64,000 nucleotides of DNA from Albugo candida (taxonomy: Eukaryota). Below are positions 22,209 through 35,700 of this stretch, one piece after another. Where the stretch lies: the NCBI GenBank assembly GCA_040437565.1, contig JBDOQK010000006.1, positions 620,001-684,000 on the forward strand, written 5' to 3'. Under the pieces are notes generated by a model. That model saw nothing but the letters and a program-made list of their open reading frames with translations. It had not been told where the DNA came from and ran no database searches. Positions within the stretch are counted from its first letter, which is position 1. Every line of letters starts with the position of its first letter. The position numbers and the translations under genes are program-made.

Positions 22209-25200
22209 TCATCGTTTGCATTCTTCCCTTATTTCAACTGTGCTGTAAATGGAATTTACGAAAGCCTCAAGCTGTAGTTCACGTGCGGCACTTTCACTGA
22301 GTAATCTCTCAAGATTTTTTGTGCGATTATGGTCTGTAGCCATTTGCAAGACGTCGCTGATATTCTGGCTATCCATCCGCTGACGATTTCGCTCCCTCAT
22401 ATTCCCATAAAATTGTTCGATTTTCCGTACAACTAAATTCGCATGGGACCCACAGGAGCAGCAAGAATCTGATGTGGGGTCATTGATTAAGACAGAGGAT
22501 GACTCGTTACTTGTAATTGGTTCTTCCTCGCTTATGTCGGATACATCCGATAAAACGCATTTCACGCGACTTTCTTCTACATCCTGCATTTCTTCTGTCT
22601 CCGAGGGCAGAGCTGTCAATTCGACTTCTGAGATTTGTGTTCCAACAATATCATCATCGAACTCATCACTAAATGATGTATTGTCCAAAGTCGCTGATCC
22701 CATGAATTCCGCGTAATCGGGATGACTTTCTGCATCCCAACGAAAAAATAGTGCATCCCAAACAACAATACGTTTTAAATTGGCAAGTGGATACAAAATC
22801 CTGTTTTTCGGTGCATACATTGTATTTGTAAACGTGTCTGGGTGTTCCAAGACCGGAGTCCATGCAGACTCTGTTCGCTCCCGTATTCTCTCAAATACGC
22901 GTTCACGCTCTGTATTGTACAAAAAGGTCCCGTACAGACCCGAGTTGAGAGCATCTACTATATGAAGTAATAACTTTTCATTGAACTCAAAACAGCTTGG
23001 AAATTGCCTTGTCATTTGCCAGACGCAATCCAGAAATTGGAGCATCACTGGAGATCGCTCATACGGTTGATCATTAACATCTTTTCCAACTCCGATTCTG
23101 TCTGCAAATTTATGTCCAAATGAACACCACTCTTTCTCAATGAGAATGGCAAATCCACGTATAGTACGATAGAATGGGTCTAGGATCAATTGAGCCAAAG
23201 AAACAAGTTGTGGTGTCCGATCCCATCCATCACTGCAATGTACTAGCACAGATGCTCCATCCTCATGGAGCAGTTCAGCAACTCTCCTTGCACCTGATAA
23301 TACTCGCATGATATGCTTCAGCCATCGTGTATCTAGACAAAATCATGTGATTGAAGAGTGAGTGCAGCGTAGTGGACTCTTACTCTCCAAGCGATTATGA
23401 TAATGCTTATCTCCATCCACTATAGTGCATGGGCTTACAAGTACTACAGAAAACGAAATATCAGAAAATCAATACTGTCATACTACAATAGACTCACATT
23501 TGAGCGCATCAAGTGATTCACGCATCCGGTGGATATTCACGATGCCCAGATATTCGATTCTAGCGTTATCGTAATGGTGTGGGTTTTCCACACCTAGCGC
23601 ACATTTACAAAAGACTTTAAATTTCAATTTGAGATGACAACATCTAGTGTACAAACTACCTTTTCCTCGCAAACGATTACCTTTTGTCGCAATCGGTTTG
23701 CGAGCATCTATTATATTGAGGGGAGGCGATGCACCACTGATTGTAGCATTTGCCGAATCTCGACAGAATTTGAGTAATTTACGATCCGCTTCAGAGCGGT
23801 TTCCAACCATTCCATAATTCGGTTGACTGGAGCGCACCAAAACACAATTATGGGATGGATGTTTCCATATGACCACTGGAAGGCGAGCGCGGCTACGGAA
23901 TTTTGCAGATTGGATCAGTTCTTCTTCTGACAATTCGCTGGGAACCACCAGTAGCTGTGGATAAGTTGGACTTAAACGAAAGTTTGCGTTCCGGACAAGA
24001 CGCCATCCGGTCTGGGATATGATAGTCTTCTTGCTCAAATCACTTTTAGAATCTGTTGTGGGTATGCGATCGAGAAAGCGTAGTCGTTGATATTCTGCTA
24101 CAGGTAGGTATATCGACCATCCGTCTTCGTTTCGTCCCTTTGTGCCGACCTTTTCCTCCCAGCATCGACTTGTATGATATTCAAATGCGAATAAAGTATC
24201 GATCTGATCAGGAGCTTTGATTCGGGACATCAAAGAATTCAACCATTTGATGTCTGGACTCGAATTCAGCTGCTCGATTTCATTCTTTGTGGAGTAGGCA
24301 TCATGCATAGCGAGCCGTATAATTCGTAAATCCTTACAAGCTATAGATATCATCAAACTATCTCTCGTGACGATGTCAATGGCTGCTAGAGGAAGTTCAA
24401 ACGAGCCAAATTTCCATGTCGGGTCATATGGGGTGAACGTGACTCGATACGTGGTGATTCTTAATACACCTTGTATCGCGCTATCACTCTGTGCAATTAC
24501 AACGAGATTCGTCACGCGATAAACATATTCAAGAGTTGTTTCCCCGGGTAACAGAGTATAATGGTCGCTTAGTATGAGACTATGTGACCAATTATGAGCC
24601 GATCCGGTTGAGCTCGAAGACACTTCCATCTCCGTCTTTGCCAAACTTGTACCGTTAGTGGGTGTGATCGTGCAATTTGACAATGACTTTTCATTGTCTA
24701 AAAGGTGCTGACACACCTCACGATCTTCACAGTTGTCGAATACAATTTTACGACTCAATAGTTGATTTCCAGTCTGAATTTGAATATGTAGCTTTAGCCT
24801 TGATAAATGTTTGATACTGCTGATGTCTGCGCAAGGATACGTTTCCCGAAATTCAGAGCTTCGAAATGACAAGATTTGAGCATTGCGATCCACCACTATT
24901 TGTATCATTGATTTTCTACTTCCGAGCTTCTCAAGCATATTGTCTGCTTTTCTCGCAGAAAAAGTACAGATAGGTCCCTGATCCTGACGCGTGACGATCT
25001 CACGGTTCAGAATAGAGCTATCATCATTAAAGTGTCCTCGAGTCTGATTTAAGCATGCGGATTGTCGCCTTTTGTTCTTTATGCATTGTTGCGGAGTGGG
25101 GTCTTGAGAACGAGAAGGTGGTACGCAGTTAAAAAGTGCTGGCCCAAGGGACTCGCTTCTCGTCTCCAATGACTTTTTGGGGGAGTCTGAACGCGACAAC

Positions 25201-25919
25201 GCGAAAGACGATCTGCTGATAGACGACCTGANNNNNNNNNNNNNNNNNNNNNNNNNNNNNNNNNNNNNNNNNNNNNNNNNNNNNNNNNNNNNNNNNNNNN
25301 NNNNNNNNNNNNNNNNNNNNNNNNNNNNNNNTGCTTTTCTCGCAGAAAAAGTACAGATAGGTCCCTGATCCTGACGCGTGACGATCTCACGGTTCAGAAT
25401 AGAGCTATCATCATTAAAGTGTCCTCGAGTCTGATTTAAGCATGCGGATTGTCGCCTTTTGTTCTTTATGCATTGTTGCGGAGTGGGGTCTTGAGAACGA
25501 GAAGGTGGTACGCAGTTAAAAAGTGCTGGCCCAAGGGACTCGCTTCTCGTCTCCAATGACTTTTTGGGGGAGTCTGAACGCGACAACGCGAAAGACGATC
25601 TGCTGATAGACGACCTGATCTGTCCTAAACGTGGAATTTTTGAAAAGAAGCTGGTGGACCCTTGACGAACGCACTCTCCCATTTCTACGCCTTCATCTTG
25701 TATTGGATAGACTGTGTTCATTGCACCTACTTCTTCGATGACGCTACCAAGTTTTTGATTGTCGAGCCTATTTTTTCGATCTGTGCACTCTATCAGTGCA
25801 TTTGGCGGATCACCATCGCCAGTTACTTTACATTTGGCTTCAACCTCAGCATTCTGCATCTCTATCACCGACTTGTCGTCGTCCTTACATTCTGCTTGAG
25901 AAGCCAGAAGCTCTGGCAT
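22209..25919 (-). CDS. Myotubularin-family PI(3)P / PI(3,5)P2 phosphatase (PH-GRAM + PTP domain; introns near 23.3-23.7 kb)
   Basis: Intact active-site signature VLVHCSDGWDRT; also LSPTYPQLLVVP, FRSRARLP, RSSQP, IDARK and EKEWCSFGHKFADR. The repeated N-terminal peptide in the ORF track comes from the duplication around the gap at 25232-25331. Confidence 0.95.
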
Positions 25920-26595
25920 GACCTTATTGCTACTGAGTTAGTGTGTATTGATCACAATGGTATGTCTTCTGTAAACCTCAAAAATCAGCCAAAGAATATG
26001 TTGGGTGAGTTTCAGGATAACTTTGAGTTGAAATAGATCCTATCAAATATATGTCGCACATTTGCGAATGTCACTTGTTGACAGGTCATTCTTTTTCTGC
26101 ATAGGCGAAACGGTCATGGCTAAGGTCGCGTCCAGAATTAACGAGGTAATTTGTGCGTCTGCGGCAGACTCTTTGGAACGCGAGATAGAAAGCTTATCGT
26201 GTTAACTTGCGCAAGTATTTCATTCTCACCTACAGTACAGAGTGACGACAATAAAATTGGGGTATGATTGTGCCATTGAAGATCTGAGTCAGGTTAACAT
26301 AAGTCGCTCTATAAACGAGTGAACTTCTTTAATGATTAAAAGAATTATAGCTGTATCTATTCATAATGAGCTCAAAGTTGTGCGCTTTGAAAATCCAGTT
26401 GCGGTGTTGTGATTCGGAGAGCGAATAAATGATACGAATGCACAATATGTGTCAGTAGTGCTTGTAATCAGCTAACATTAAAAAACATATCGATTGTTTC
26501 CTTTTTATTAAATTTGACATGCGGCAGTCGGACGAGAATCTTTCTCTTTCAAAGTACTGCAACGGGTAATGGAAACCCTTGAAATACCTCGCCAT

Positions 26596-29500
26596 TCAAT
26601 CAGTAGCCAAGATGCTAAATTTTGGCTGTATTTCATCAACGAATGCGTGCAGCGATTTTTCAGGAATACGCTCTCTGAGTTGCCGATCACTTTTCCAGTA
26701 CAGCACCATAGAACCATACTCGTTTCTTTCCTTTGGGGCAAAATAGTCGATGCATATCTTGTACAATTGTGCAGCGACCATATCGATAGCTTTATCGTGA
26801 TCTCCTGTCTTTGTGTCCAAAATTACAACATTTTCAAGCCAAATAATGACCGCTTCGCCAACGAGGTTGCGTTGGAAATCTACTTGAAATTGATACGATT
26901 CAGTGTATGAAGGTTCAATATATCCAACCCATTTGATACGTTGATATCCACGAAAGCGTAAATCTCTTTGTGCGTCGAATATGATGTGAGGTTCCAGTGA
27001 TTGCTTTACTGCTGCTTCAACGGGATGCAAATCACTTGTCGCAAAGGCGTACATTGAAACACCGTTGGATTTTGGTCGAGCGAGTTCTATTTGTATTTGA
27101 TAAATGCCACTTTTCTGAATGGTATACTGTGCCGAATAGCTACCATTTGCAAGATCTTGGACATTTCCAAAAGTAAGGCCATTAGCCCCGGCAACGTGAT
27201 TTCCGACGGGTCCTACGACACGTAGACGGATCAGGTCACCTCCCTTGTGAAGAGCATTACCGTAAGAGTCCATAAGATCGATACGAAAGGATTGAATAGT
27301 GTTGATTTTCAACATCGGACGGAGACCATTACCACAAAGCACCGACGTAGAAGCAGATGCAACAGCAGGCGACACGTATACGGTCTCTTGTCTCCTTGTG
27401 TAGTTGATCTCGCTGCCAATTCTCAGCTGCAAGGCGTATATTCCGGATTTGTTGCACTGGTAATGGATTTTATACGTTCCTTCTTGAGCAAAAACGACCT
27501 GAGCATTGATTTCTGTAGGAATGGAAGTCTCATCGTCAACCTCATTCTCTTCAAGTGAAGAAATTCTACCGAGCCTCACATCAATACTTTGCCCACCATC
27601 CGAGACCCGATTATCCCATGAATCGCGAAGCTCAAGATGAAAATCTCGGGGTTGACCCGCCGTGGCGAAATGAGCCCCAGGACCCAAAAGTCGTGCATTT
27701 CGTGAAATTGGATCACCTGGGATGGTTTTTAATGTGAATGGGCTGTGGCGCAACTGGTAAGGGACTAAATTTTGCAAGAAATACGACGTCCCTATTGCTT
27801 CACCGAGCATTTCAATCTTTTTCGGATCATTGGAAGGAATGATTCCAATGACGATAGAGAAGTAACCAGCCAAGATCGGGATGATGTCAACGTTGTAAGT
27901 ACCATTTTCGAAGTCTTTCACAGTGGCACGAATCCTGCTGTCTTCCGGAGCTTGTAGCTGTCTAACGATAATAGTGTCTCCTCCTGTCTGCCTCTTATTT
28001 CCATATTGATCACGAGCAATAACCTGAAATCTGTGAACGGCTCCAGCAACAGCAATGATTGTGCTATCTCCAAAACTGGTTTCAGATGCTAAAGGAGAGG
28101 TAAAATCTGGAATGACGATCGCAGTAGGAGAGTTCATCACTTCACAAGCAGAGAACAGCTGCATATTCGAGATCACTTCTCGCTTTTTCGAATAACTTGA
28201 CCACAGAAGCCGTACATACGCTTCCTGGAGCCATCGAGATTTTGCAAAGATGACTTCAAGCCGAACAAATCTACTTTTTTCCAAATAAATCTGAGTCTCG
28301 AATCGAGATGAATTGCCTTTGTAATTCGAGTCCATTGCTAATAAGCTGATTTGGTCGATGGAAAACGCAAGAATAGTCCCAAGATGATCTATCTCAAATC
28401 TGTAAAGCTCAGAGTATTCGGGTAACAGGTAACCACTCCAGTGAATCATAAATTGCTGCATTGTGCTCACACCTTTAGGTGCATTGATACTAAAAACAAA
28501 ATCAATTTGTGGGTCCTGCCGCTGCAAAACGAGGTTTGTAGGTGTCATATCCACCATCTGACTTCCATCATAATAGGTACCAATTATTCCATCCGGCTCA
28601 AGCATTTGTGGGCGAAAACTATAGCTTCCACTTTTCTTCCGGAAATATTGAAAGCGGTAGCTCCCATTTCCCTCATCAATAATCGATTCGGCTTGATCTT
28701 GTGTGATTTTATCTGTCAGAAATGAAGTATTCCCTACTTCCAGTACATTCGAAAAGCGGTCACGTGTTGTTAGCCTCAATTCAATCATTTTCCCCGCATA
28801 GAATGAGGAGATTGTCGATGCACAGAGCTCCAGTGATGAACTCGCATGGTACGCTTTATTTGGATACACACGTACCGAAAATGGGCTTCCATGAATATCA
28901 ATGTCTTCTACCTGTACGGATAGCTTGTAATCCCCCTTGCGTTCTAGCTTGTATTCCATTCTGAAAAATCCATCCTTTGTACGGTTCACAAATGTGGCGC
29001 TACATGAATCGAGAAAAGTCTTCCCGGCAACTACTTGCGGGGGTAGTGGTCCCAGTATAACGACGCTCGGAATCTCGGTATCAGGGCTCAACTGAACATT
29101 CCTATTTCGATCCCGAACCATGACAGTAAAGGAGGCTGATTCCCCAGCAACTGCCGCAATCAGTCCTTCACCAAAAGCCATACTCGTGCTAGCATATACT
29201 TTTCCAGGTTTGACGTGAATCTCGAATGGGCTATCGGCAATCGGTTTTGATGCAATTGTATCATTACTGATTATGTTCAGATGTACGTAAAGCCTCGAAA
29301 AGCCGGCAAATTGAGGGACATACGCACACGTGTACTTCCCATTCGATAGATCGATACAGCTTCCAGTGATATTATGATCGTCGTCTGGAGAGGATGCTTC
29401 CCATTGTAATAAAACTGTGAAATTGCTTCCGCCGCGCATGACATCGTTCTCGTTTGTATCTCGTGCCATAATTGTAAACTGATTTTGCTCGCTCGCAATT

Positions 29501-32500
29501 GCTTCATGGACTCCCTCACCTTGAGCAATGCATTTGCTACTGTCTGGAACATTAGGCAGTACAGATATGAGAAATGGGCCATCCGACATCTCCGAGTACG
29601 ATCGCCAGAGAATATGAAATTTGTAGGTTCCTGAAAAGCGTAACGTGTATGCCACTTCATAGGTGCCATCTCCGTTATCGATAATGATACCATAATCAAT
29701 ATGGTCACCAAGCTTTGTCGTATGCATAGCACGAAATTCAATCATTGAAGCGTTTCCTCCGTCGATAATGCGATTATAATAAACGTCACGAGCTTCCAGA
29801 AGCATCGTTGACTTCACCCCTGCAACGTGAATGCTGTTCAGACTTGACTCAAGCACATGGGAAGTACCGGGATGTAAGGAGTCTGGGAAAACATGCATTT
29901 TGTATGGACTTGCGTGAATCGACCTTCCATTTACACGCACATCTAGATCATAACTTCCAGACAATAACGGGTAAAAAACGAGTCGTAGAGTTTGATTCTG
30001 AGAATCAAATTCAACGATAGCATCATAGACCTTGGGACTGGTGCCTCCACGACTTTGATCTTCTGTAATCAACAAATAAGCTTTCACCCCGTCGACCTGA
30101 AGAATGTCGTCATAATGGCGCAAGTTTCCATACTTGTCTCTAGCAAATAGTGTGAAGACGGTGCGCTTCCCCGATACAGTGCTAAAGTCGCCTTCGATTG
30201 TAGTGGTTGATGCGGCTGTGATTGTTTCTGCTTTGACGGAGACTTGATAAAACGGACTCTGGTGGATATGGTATGCACGAAAGAGATTTGTAGTCGGTAT
30301 GACTTCACGAGGAGAATTTGGTGTCTTCCATGACAATATGAATGCTGCATTACCAGCTAAATCGCGGTACTCTATCATGATCGGATAATATTGAGACGCA
30401 TCTAGTTCCATGCTTGTTTGCAAAGTAACAAGGCCTCTTTGATTTGGATTCCAATGATCGATCAGAAGAATGCCGTCAATGTATAAGCGAACATGATCAT
30501 CACATTCAACAAAAAAAGTGGTATACTCACTTGTCTTGGGCTTTATCCGACCAGACCATTGCACGCTGACAAAGTCAGTCCCTGATGGAAATATCATTCC
30601 TCTATCCCAAGTAAAATTGAGCACTGCGTCCGAGCGTATTGCTTCAGGAGAACTTTGCAACCAAGCGTCTGAATAGTACTCACCTCTCAAGCCACCAGAA
30701 TGCAGTACATACACAGCTACTGTGATATTTTTGCTAGCACTTTTACGCTTCCATGTGCACATGTACGTTCCATTACCGAAATCTGTAGTTATTCCAGGTT
30801 GACGCTCATTAAGAAACAAATCTCCATCGGAATGGATTCTACTCGCACCCTCCCCAGACTCCAACAAAATCAAATCTCCTCCATCAATTTTATCGCTTTT
30901 CGTGCCCATGACAGCTTGTATGATTACTTCAGACGTCTTGCCTGCAAAGTGATTATAAGTTTGAAGTCTCAAAGCAGAATTTGTCTCCACGTGCGTGTAC
31001 TTTGGATGTATTGTTTCAGCGTCATCATCGATAATTGTGACAAGAGTTTGCGAGAATGGACCCAAGCTCGCATCCACTTGACTCCTATCCGTGCTTTCGG
31101 GTGGTAAAAGCTCGATATAGAAAGTTTCATCCTTCTCTATGCAAAGATCATCGTGAATGGTGAGCAAGAAAGAGAGCGCGATGGTGCCATCATGGAAGAG
31201 CAATGTATTAGAACTCGTGTAGAAAGCTGATCCTGTAACATCACTTGGTGAAGCGGTAATGAAGCCAAGTCGATACGAAATCAAGACGTCACCATACCCT
31301 CCACCATTACGAATCACTTTGACATTGAGATTGCTTGCGCTTTCTCTCACTTCATATGCTGGCGAACTAAAGCTAAAGGCTCCCTCGTGCCCGCAGACCA
31401 CATGGCTTGTGGTTTGTGGAGTACAATCCCATGTTGCGTCCCAGGAATTACCTTGTACGCACGTGTGACTTTGCGAATTCAAAGGATGCTTTCGAGTTGC
31501 AACAACATGGTAAGCGGACTCCACATCATCGAAAAAGTGAGGATCCTGACTTCCAAACGGGAATGGCTTTCTAAATTGTCGCTCCATCTCATCCAACGGC
31601 AGTGGTTCATCAATCAATCGAGCTCCACTTCGTTGCACAGAATTAAGTAGCAAGTCAACACATTGAAAGCAGGCGGTGCTGTTGCAATCCAAGCATCTTG
31701 GGTCGTGTATGGAGCACGATACTGGTCAAAGCTCGACATCAGATTCGCTCTAAAATTGCTCAGTGGACCTACCACAAGTGTTTAACACTGAATCAAGAAA
31801 GTATCCTTCTACGCAGCCGATACAAGCCGTTTCCGAGCAGCTTGTACAGAGCGGTCCAAAGTCGCAAAAGCTCTGCGAACAATCCAATCCTTTTTGATAC
31901 GCAAAACAGGTGCATGTACCGGTGAAATAGTCACATGTGCCGCTTTCCGAGCAATCATTTGGGCACCGTTCTAACGAACTCGACCAGTCAAAATAGCAAA
32001 GATCTGGAGTATCTATCACCTCTTACTTCGAGGATAGCATAGAAGACCAATTTCGATATGAGTTGGAGCGCATTTCGCGCAATCGATTCCTGCGTATCCA
32101 GGCTCACATACACAAATACCGCTTCGCCGATCACAAGTTCCAAACTCTTTTCCTCGACAATAGAATTCGCCATCTTGGATCGGGCCCACCATCCCGGGAC
32201 AATTCTCTAGAAATAACGAGACATCAAAAGCATGCTCGATCGCCCGTTGATAGATAAAAGATTACGTTTCGGGAGCTCATAGTGATTCAATCGTGAGGTT
32301 CCAGAAGATAGAAGTGTAAACGTCTCATTTCTACGTGCAGCCGGAAACTCGACAAGATCTTTCAAGTATCCAACAATGCCAGTTGGATTGTGATCTTTTT
32401 CATAGCGTGTTGCATTGAGAAACTCTGTACTTGAATTCCAAAGTCGGAAGCATTTGAGGGGCTGATTGTGCGTAAGAAGCACCCAACCGATCACAAGTGT

Positions 32501-32512
32501 CTTGCTAATCAT
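26596..32512 (-). CDS. Large probably secreted EGF-like / Calx-beta / filamin-type Ig repeat / PA14 domain protein (multi-exon 5' end)
   Basis: Short 5' exons give a hydrophobic N-terminus and EGF/Cys-rich units (CDRRSGICVCEPGYAGIDC, CPNDCSESGTCDYFTGTCTC). The 1698-aa exon has Calx-beta (FSFSSPAYEVRES...TIHDDLCIEKDETFYIEL...LVTIIDDD), PA14 (GLRGEYY...FVSVQWSGRIKP...DDHVRLYIDG; two more copies) and repeated filamin units (ARDKYGN, DNGDGTYEVAYT, IHGSPFSV). Confidence 0.85.
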
Positions 32513-32749
32513 TGTGTCTTTTCATGAATGATATAAATGCCTCGAGCTCAGGCAAACCACTGATAGATCGATAACGTGACAGAAAAAGCTGTGCAATGCG
32601 ATTTTCTAGTAAAAATCTATTCACACGTACATTTATCTCTTTATTTTAAATATCGAAAATGTATACTTGCTGGTTACTTGTGTCATATAATCGAGTGTTC
32701 GCGTGTTGCAAGGAAGTCGTACGTTGCTGTCACCGCGCTTTGACAACTG

Positions 32750-35700
32750 TCAACTCTCTCCTTTCTTTCGTTCCGTATGAGTAGCATTCATTTGCATCTG
32801 ACGATATTGATGCGTCACAGCTGCACGACGTCGATCGTCCATCAGCTGCTGCTGTAATTGCAGCTTACGGAAATGCTCTCGAAGATCGGCACATCGTGGA
32901 ACTTTGCAATTATTTTGGCGACATTGTCGCGAATGTAATTGAAGCAAAGCCCAAACGCGTCGACAGATCGTGCAACCGCCGTATGCGCGTTGTTTGCATT
33001 GTGCTCCATGACGCATTAATTCTTTCATTTTTTCACAATTTGTCGAAGCACAACCTCCAATACAGCTACTGGAATGCACCAGTAATTGCAGATGAAGTCG
33101 TACGGTTTTCGCATGGGCTTCTCGACTACGACGCTGCTGCTGACTTGTCTTGAAATCCCCTGTTGTCAGAGACTGACCAGCGACTGCTTTCGATGAAGGC
33201 AAATTGGGCGCCACCACAATGAGCTGTAAGGGATGTCGATGCTTTTCCTTTGTGTGACAAAGATCACAAACATCAAAATCGGGACACGTTTTGCAATGCC
33301 AACGATTTCCACTGACAATATCTTGCGCGCATTTGTTGCATTCGTAGACATACGCATTTGGATTCGGATTCCCGAGATGGTACAATGCCATCATGGAAGA
33401 ATGTTTAGCCCGACGTAATTCGTCATATTGATAATGATTCCCTTGACATAAACTGAGAAAAGCCTGCCGTGTATCGAAGAATTCATTATCGTTAATTTCA
33501 TCCAAATCAGTACACTTTGATGGCAATGCAATGGATTGGGGCACTAATGTCTCTAAAATGACGCGTTCCTTTGGTGTGGGGTCTTTCTTGGCATTTTCAT
33601 AGCACGTATCGCAAAGTGTGAATTGGACGACTTTGGCATTTAAACCGTTTTCTGTTTGCACGTTTGGATTCACCCAAAGCGTTCCTTTGACTGCGGTACC
33701 ATTGCACACGAAACAAAATGGCTGTAATTTGACAACCAGAAAATCATCTTTCATCGGATAAATGACCTCACCAAGTCGTACCATCAATGGATCTGTCACT
33801 GTACGATCAACGACTTCCAAGCTGATACGCTTCTTTCGCTTTCCATTTGCTTCGGGTTCCTTATAGCCCACGTGCGATCCTGAAGCGATACTCTCCGAGT
33901 GTGGTGGTACCAAAGTCTCTTTGGTAGGTGGTGGCACATTTTGTTCTCCTTCTTCGTTCTCACTATCATTTCCTTTTTCGTTCCATTGACAATGCTTCGG
34001 ACTGGCACTTGTGAGAGAACTGCCTGACTTTCGTCGTTTCTGTTTTTTTGCTTTCATTTTCATTGTCGATTTTTTGGACGTTTTCCGCTTGGCACTCGCT
34101 GTCTTTTTTGAAGTCGCTTTCTTGGATTGTTCCGACTCAATTTTCTCGATCAAATCTTCAGCGAGACCGACCCAATAGTCTCCTTCAAAGTATGGCAATT
34201 TGCACGCAGGATTACTGTTTCGCCAGTAATCGTCATACATGTTGGTGATATGCCACACAATACCTTTTTCCTGAGCTTTGACAAGCATATCGACATACCA
34301 TTGCCGTAATCGCTCCGATTTCGGGGTTTTCTGAGTCTCTGGATGGCAGTACAGAATATAATCGTCTCCTTTCAACGGTGGACATGCCCATAAATGAGCA
34401 GCATAAAACCCACGTTTCTTCACAAAATCCAAGTACGCAATCAGAAGTTCGTGGTATACTTTTGTTCGTAAATGAGATGGTTCAAAGTAGCTGACAGAAT
34501 CCAAGTACGAGATGTAGACACGTCGAGCGTTTGCTGGAGCTTCTTGTTCATCGAATTCATGGACATACATGCCAAAGAGCAACACAGAAACGCCATGAAT
34601 CTCTTGAAACATGCAGATACATTTCGATTTAAAACGAAAATCCGACGAGTAATTGTGAGACTCTTTGTAGCGGAAAAACATTTTATCTCGCACCATCAGC
34701 TGTTTATCGATATTGGACACTTGTCGTATCGTGAGCTTTTCTGCGGTCAATACACGGCTGGCATCTTGGTTTGTCCAAATCGCCTCATCTTCTCGCTCCT
34801 CTTTGAGCACTTTAGCAATCCATCGTTCCAAATAGTCGGAGAGCTTCGTTCGCATCAAGTCTTTCGCACTGAATGCGTGTCGAGTGACCCGATACTTTCC
34901 CGGATCCTTCAAGCGATGTTCCAGTAAACACTCTGGGCAAAGAAACTCGCCTGCAGGTACATTGGAAACGGATGCGCTTATAGATGGACCACCATTCTTT
35001 CCATCCTTATCAGGTTTTCGGGCTCCCTCGAGCTTTTGTTTCATGTCGTTTTTCTCTGTTACGGATTTACGATCGCTTGTACGTTCTTCATCGATAGCTC
35101 CAGCTACTGAATCTTCTGTTTTAATAGTAGCTGGCTTCCTTTCTGCGTCGATTTTACCATTGAATAATGCACAGACTTGATGAACCCAGCGATTACACGT
35201 GTCACATTGAACCCAGGGCTCTTCATGTACTTCATCGTTCTTCTTTCGACAAAGACTTGTTTTGTTGTATGTTTGTCCTTCGGTCGATTTGACTGCATCC
35301 CCCAAATTGCTGTAGCACGGGTGACAGCAATGATACTTGTTGTCCAAAGACGCGTAATAGTAACAATTGCGGCGAATTCGAGCGTTGCATTCTCCATTAC
35401 AATATAAAACAGATGGTTCGAAGAGCATTCTCTCTACACCGCATAGCCGACAAGCAGCTTCTTTCAGTCTCTGAAGTCGTTCTTGCTCGTTGATTTCAGT
35501 TTCCAATTTCCGAAATTCCGCATTGAAATCATTCAACATGTCTTTGGCTAAATTGTGGACATCAGAGCCTTCGCTATTGTACATTTTCGCATTATCGAAT
35601 ATCAATCGCACATCCCTTGCAAAGTGCTGAATATGTTTGTAGAATCCCAGATCCAGCTTCTTTTTCATCGTTCCCAGATCCATTGGACGTCGGATGGTTC

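Noticed and set aside
24945..25618. Internal repeat of about 95 aa in myotubularin
   Set aside because: Produced by duplicated contig ends around the gap at 25232-25331.
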